This document shows positions 61,241-63,818 of a stretch of 63,818 bases of DNA, piece by piece. The stretch lies in the IMG/VR virus record IMGVR_UViG_3300020020_000030, positions 1 to 63,818 of that record, one strand, 5' to 3'. The notes under the pieces were generated by a model. The model ran no database searches. It was not told where the DNA came from and saw nothing but the letters and a program-made list of their open reading frames with translations. How positions within the stretch are numbered: position 1 is the stretch's first letter; every line of letters starts with the position of its first letter. The DNA comes from a virus (lineage: Duplodnaviria > Caudoviricetes). Position numbers and translations under genes: made by a program.

Positions 61241-63808
61241 TCAGCCCCTCTCCACTCGGGCCCGGGCGACGGCGAGAGTGTGCTCGCGGACCTTCTGACG
61301 CGCAGGCCCGGCGGTTGCCAAGACCTTCTCCTGGTGACGGTACTCCGCGACCGCGGTGCGTGCGATCGCGCCCACGAGCTCGGGGTCGATTCCCATCGTG
61401 GCGGCGGCGACCAGCACGTCAGGCTTGAGCGCGCCGGCACCGATCATCACCGTCTGCCGGCCGGCGGATGCCGCGAGCTGCCGAACCGGCAGGCCGGGCG
61501 TGTTCACGATCGGCACGCCGATGAGCTCGAGCTGCCCGCGCACCTCGCGCCAGTCGCCCGAGACCGCGCCGATGGCGCGCATCTTGGTGATGTCCTCGTC
61601 GCTGACCTCGGGCGGGATGACGCCGGAGAACCAGACGCCGTAGGCGTTCTCGCCGACGTTCACGTAGGCGCGCACCGCGTCCGGCTTGTCGTAGTAGTCG
61701 CTCGCCTTGGCCATGCTCATGTACCGCGAGGCGTGGCCGGCGAACGTCAGGCAACCGACGAACTGCTCGCCCTCGGTGGTGTCGACGACGCCCTTCTTGA
61801 AGTAGGCGTAGTCGGTGTACGACTGCGGCACCTCCTGGCACATGCCGGCCATCCCGACGTGGCAGACGCCCCACTCGGAGACGTAGCCGTGCACCCGCCG
61901 GGTGTCGCGGTCGATCTTGAGCGGGTAGGCGCGGTCGAGCGTCGGCTCGGCGAAGAACTCGGCCGGGTAGACCGGGTGCTCCGGCCGGACGAGCCGCGCG
62001 ATCGGCGCGCGATCGGCGAACGCGGCGGAGGCCACGATCACCTTCGAGCCGTGGTGCTGTGCCGGCCAGAACTTGAGTGCCTCGTAGTGCATATTCGCGC
62101 AGAGGCCCGCGAGCCAGTCCGGGTTCTGGACATACTTCGCGAGCTGCATGCGGCAGCGGTTGAAGTCGCCCGCGACGCCCCAGCGGATCTTGGCCGCGCC
62201 CTCGCCGCGGGTCCAGTAGTTGCGGATGCGCTGGGTCGGGATCGGGTGCGTGATCCAGCCGGGTCCGTCGTGAGTGTCGACGAATGCCACGATCTCGGCA
62301 CCCCAGTCCTCGGGCAGCTCGACCTCGTCACAGCCGAGCGCGCTCTTGCGCTTGCGGATGTGCGCCTTGGTGGCCTCGGGATCCTTGGCCCGGCCGATCG
62401 CCTGGATCGCGTTGCGGAGATCCTCGCAGTTCGCGATCGGGTAGCTGCCATCGGGCATCGCGGCACCCTCGCCGGCGAGGCGCTCGCGCTCCTCGGTGGA
62501 GACGTCGCGGAAGTCCTCTTCGCTCTCCGGCGACATGCAGCCGCACGCCTGCAGCGCCACGAGCTGCGCGTCGAACTCCTCGTCGGTGAGATCCTCCTGG
62601 AACTCGTGGCCGAGCGCGATGTATGCCTCCTGGAACGCCGGGATCGGCACGATCGTCAGGCCCGCGACGCGCATCTTCGCGTAGACCTCTTCGCCGCCGC
62701 CCATGAGCAGATCCATCAGGTCCGCGTCGTCGTCGATCTCGCGCACCTCGAGCTCGGCGGCGTCGCCGTCGATCGAGACGCCGCGCACGAGGCCCTGCAC
62801 CATGCCGTCGATCGTCTCCTGCGCGTACTGCGTGGAGAGCACGATCGCGCCGGTCCAGCGCCACATGTTCGTGGCCTCGTCCCGCCACGCCTTGTCGACG
62901 CGGCCGACGGTGGAGGTCATCGACGTGTCGCCGCCGTGGCTGTGCACGTACTCGTAGAGCAGCGGCACCGGCAGGTCGCGGGTGGACAGCGCCTCGAGCG
63001 CGAACATCCGGCCGTCGCCGGTGGGCACGCCCTCCGGCGCGAGCACGCCGTGCACGGGGATCTCGGTGATGAGCTCCTCGTCGTCCTCCGGCTCGTCCGG
63101 GACGAGACCCTCCTCGTCGATCTCGGGGAGCGGCTCGGTGTCGACCTCGGGCGTCGACGCCGCGGCGATGATGTCGGAGCCGGGGATGATGTCGGGGTTG
63201 TCGTCGAGGACGTCGTCCTCCGGCCCGATCGTGTACGTGGTGCCGCTCATGGTCTCTCCGTCTCGCGCGGCCGGCATGGCAAGGCACCGGCAGTTGATCC
63301 AGACATCCGGCGGGCCCACGGGCTCTCCCGGGTAGGCGAGATTGTGCCCGCCCACATCGAATGTCCCACCGATGGACGTGATCTGTCCATCGACTCCGTC
63401 GTGCATCTCGCGCACGTGCGCGTCGTGCATGGTCGTCCAGCGCTTGAACTTCACGCCGCGCCGGAAGGCGCCGGCGACCGTGGCGTTGTTGACCGTGTAG
63501 GTCGACAGCCAGTAGGTGACGCGGTTGACGCTGGCGTCGACGCCGTTCTCGTCGGGCACCGCGGTCTTTTCCAGCGACTTCGCGATCTCGCGGCGGAATC
63601 GGGCCAGCGCGACGCCGCGATTCGCCTCCGGGGCCTCCGCCTCGAACACCTCGAGCCAGAGCACCGCGGCATCCGCGATGATGTCGTCGGCCCAGTCCGG
63701 CTGACCGTCGATGAGGTCGTCGATCCCCCGCCGCACGGTCCCGTGCAGGTCGTCGTCCGCCCGCTCGAGCCGGGCGCGGCGCGATGCAGCGAACTCCTCG
63801 ACCTTCAT
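61241..63808 (-). CDS. MuF-like minor capsid / capsid maturation protease fusion
   Basis: MuF motif W...D..VR..H...PG...INCRC, followed by protease-like TGDGR..VGR..GVSID..IPAFQEA and further inserted domains. Confidence 0.8.
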   Translation of the reverse strand: MKVEEFAASRRARLERADDDLHGTVRRGIDDLIDGQPDWADDIIADAAVLWLEVFEAEAPEANRGVALARFRREIAKSLEKTAVPDENGVDASVNRVTYWLSTYTVNNATVAGAFRRGVKFKRWTTMHDAHVREMHDGVDGQITSIGGTFDVGGHNLAYPGEPVGPPDVWINCRCLAMPAARDGETMSGTTYTIGPEDDVLDDNPDIIPGSDIIAAASTPEVDTEPLPEIDEEGLVPDEPEDDEELITEIPVHGVLAPEGVPTGDGRMFALEALSTRDLPVPLLYEYVHSHGGDTSMTSTVGRVDKAWRDEATNMWRWTGAIVLSTQYAQETIDGMVQGLVRGVSIDGDAAELEVREIDDDADLMDLLMGGGEEVYAKMRVAGLTIVPIPAFQEAYIALGHEFQEDLTDEEFDAQLVALQACGCMSPESEEDFRDVSTEERERLAGEGAAMPDGSYPIANCEDLRNAIQAIGRAKDPEATKAHIRKRKSALGCDEVELPEDWGAEIVAFVDTHDGPGWITHPIPTQRIRNYWTRGEGAAKIRWGVAGDFNRCRMQLAKYVQNPDWLAGLCANMHYEALKFWPAQHHGSKVIVASAAFADRAPIARLVRPEHPVYPAEFFAEPTLDRAYPLKIDRDTRRVHGYVSEWGVCHVGMAGMCQEVPQSYTDYAYFKKGVVDTTEGEQFVGCLTFAGHASRYMSMAKASDYYDKPDAVRAYVNVGENAYGVWFSGVIPPEVSDEDITKMRAIGAVSGDWREVRGQLELIGVPIVNTPGLPVRQLAASAGRQTVMIGAGALKPDVLVAAATMGIDPELVGAIARTAVAEYRHQEKVLATAGPARQKVREHTLAVARARVERG

Positions 63809-63816
63809 ACCGCGAC
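63691..63816. repeat. Terminal direct repeat, copy 2
   Basis: Identical to 5..130. Confidence 0.9.
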
Positions 63817-63818
63817 TA

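Overview
The window is an apparently complete (~63.7 kb, circularly assembled; ~130-bp overlap between the two ends) genome of a high-GC tailed phage of Actinobacteria, most likely a Microbacteriaceae siphovirus. That host call is inferred from GC content, separate hexamer/pentamer capsid proteins and sigmaA-type promoters. Virion, packaging and lysis genes lie on the - strand (63808 down to 36021, continuing through the contig join at 6622 down to 119). About 65 early and replication genes lie on the + strand (10065-35633), including DUF4192, DprA, prim-pol/helicase, C5 methyltransferase, SSB, RusA, Rad52-like SSAP, a Cas4-like exonuclease and a vWA protein. No integrase, repressor, DNA polymerase or CRISPR array was recognised. 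The standout feature is a self-contained cassette inserted antisense into the tail operon (54814-57051): a promoter, then four tandem Y-RNA-like ncRNAs, then a Ro60/TROVE gene, then a terminator. The four RNAs share a bulged-C Ro-binding stem but carry different tRNA-mimic payloads, including anticodon-like loops (CGC, UGU, CGA), and the last RNA overlaps the Ro60 ribosome-binding site. Other notable observations are a host-type parS site, an unannotated promoter-driven structured RNA at ~35.64-35.83 kb, a six-copy 18-bp palindromic operator, a 1.3-kb region lacking TCGA near the likely genome end, and a tail protein with nested (matryoshka-like) domains. All calls come from reading the sequence by eye; no searches or folding programs were run.
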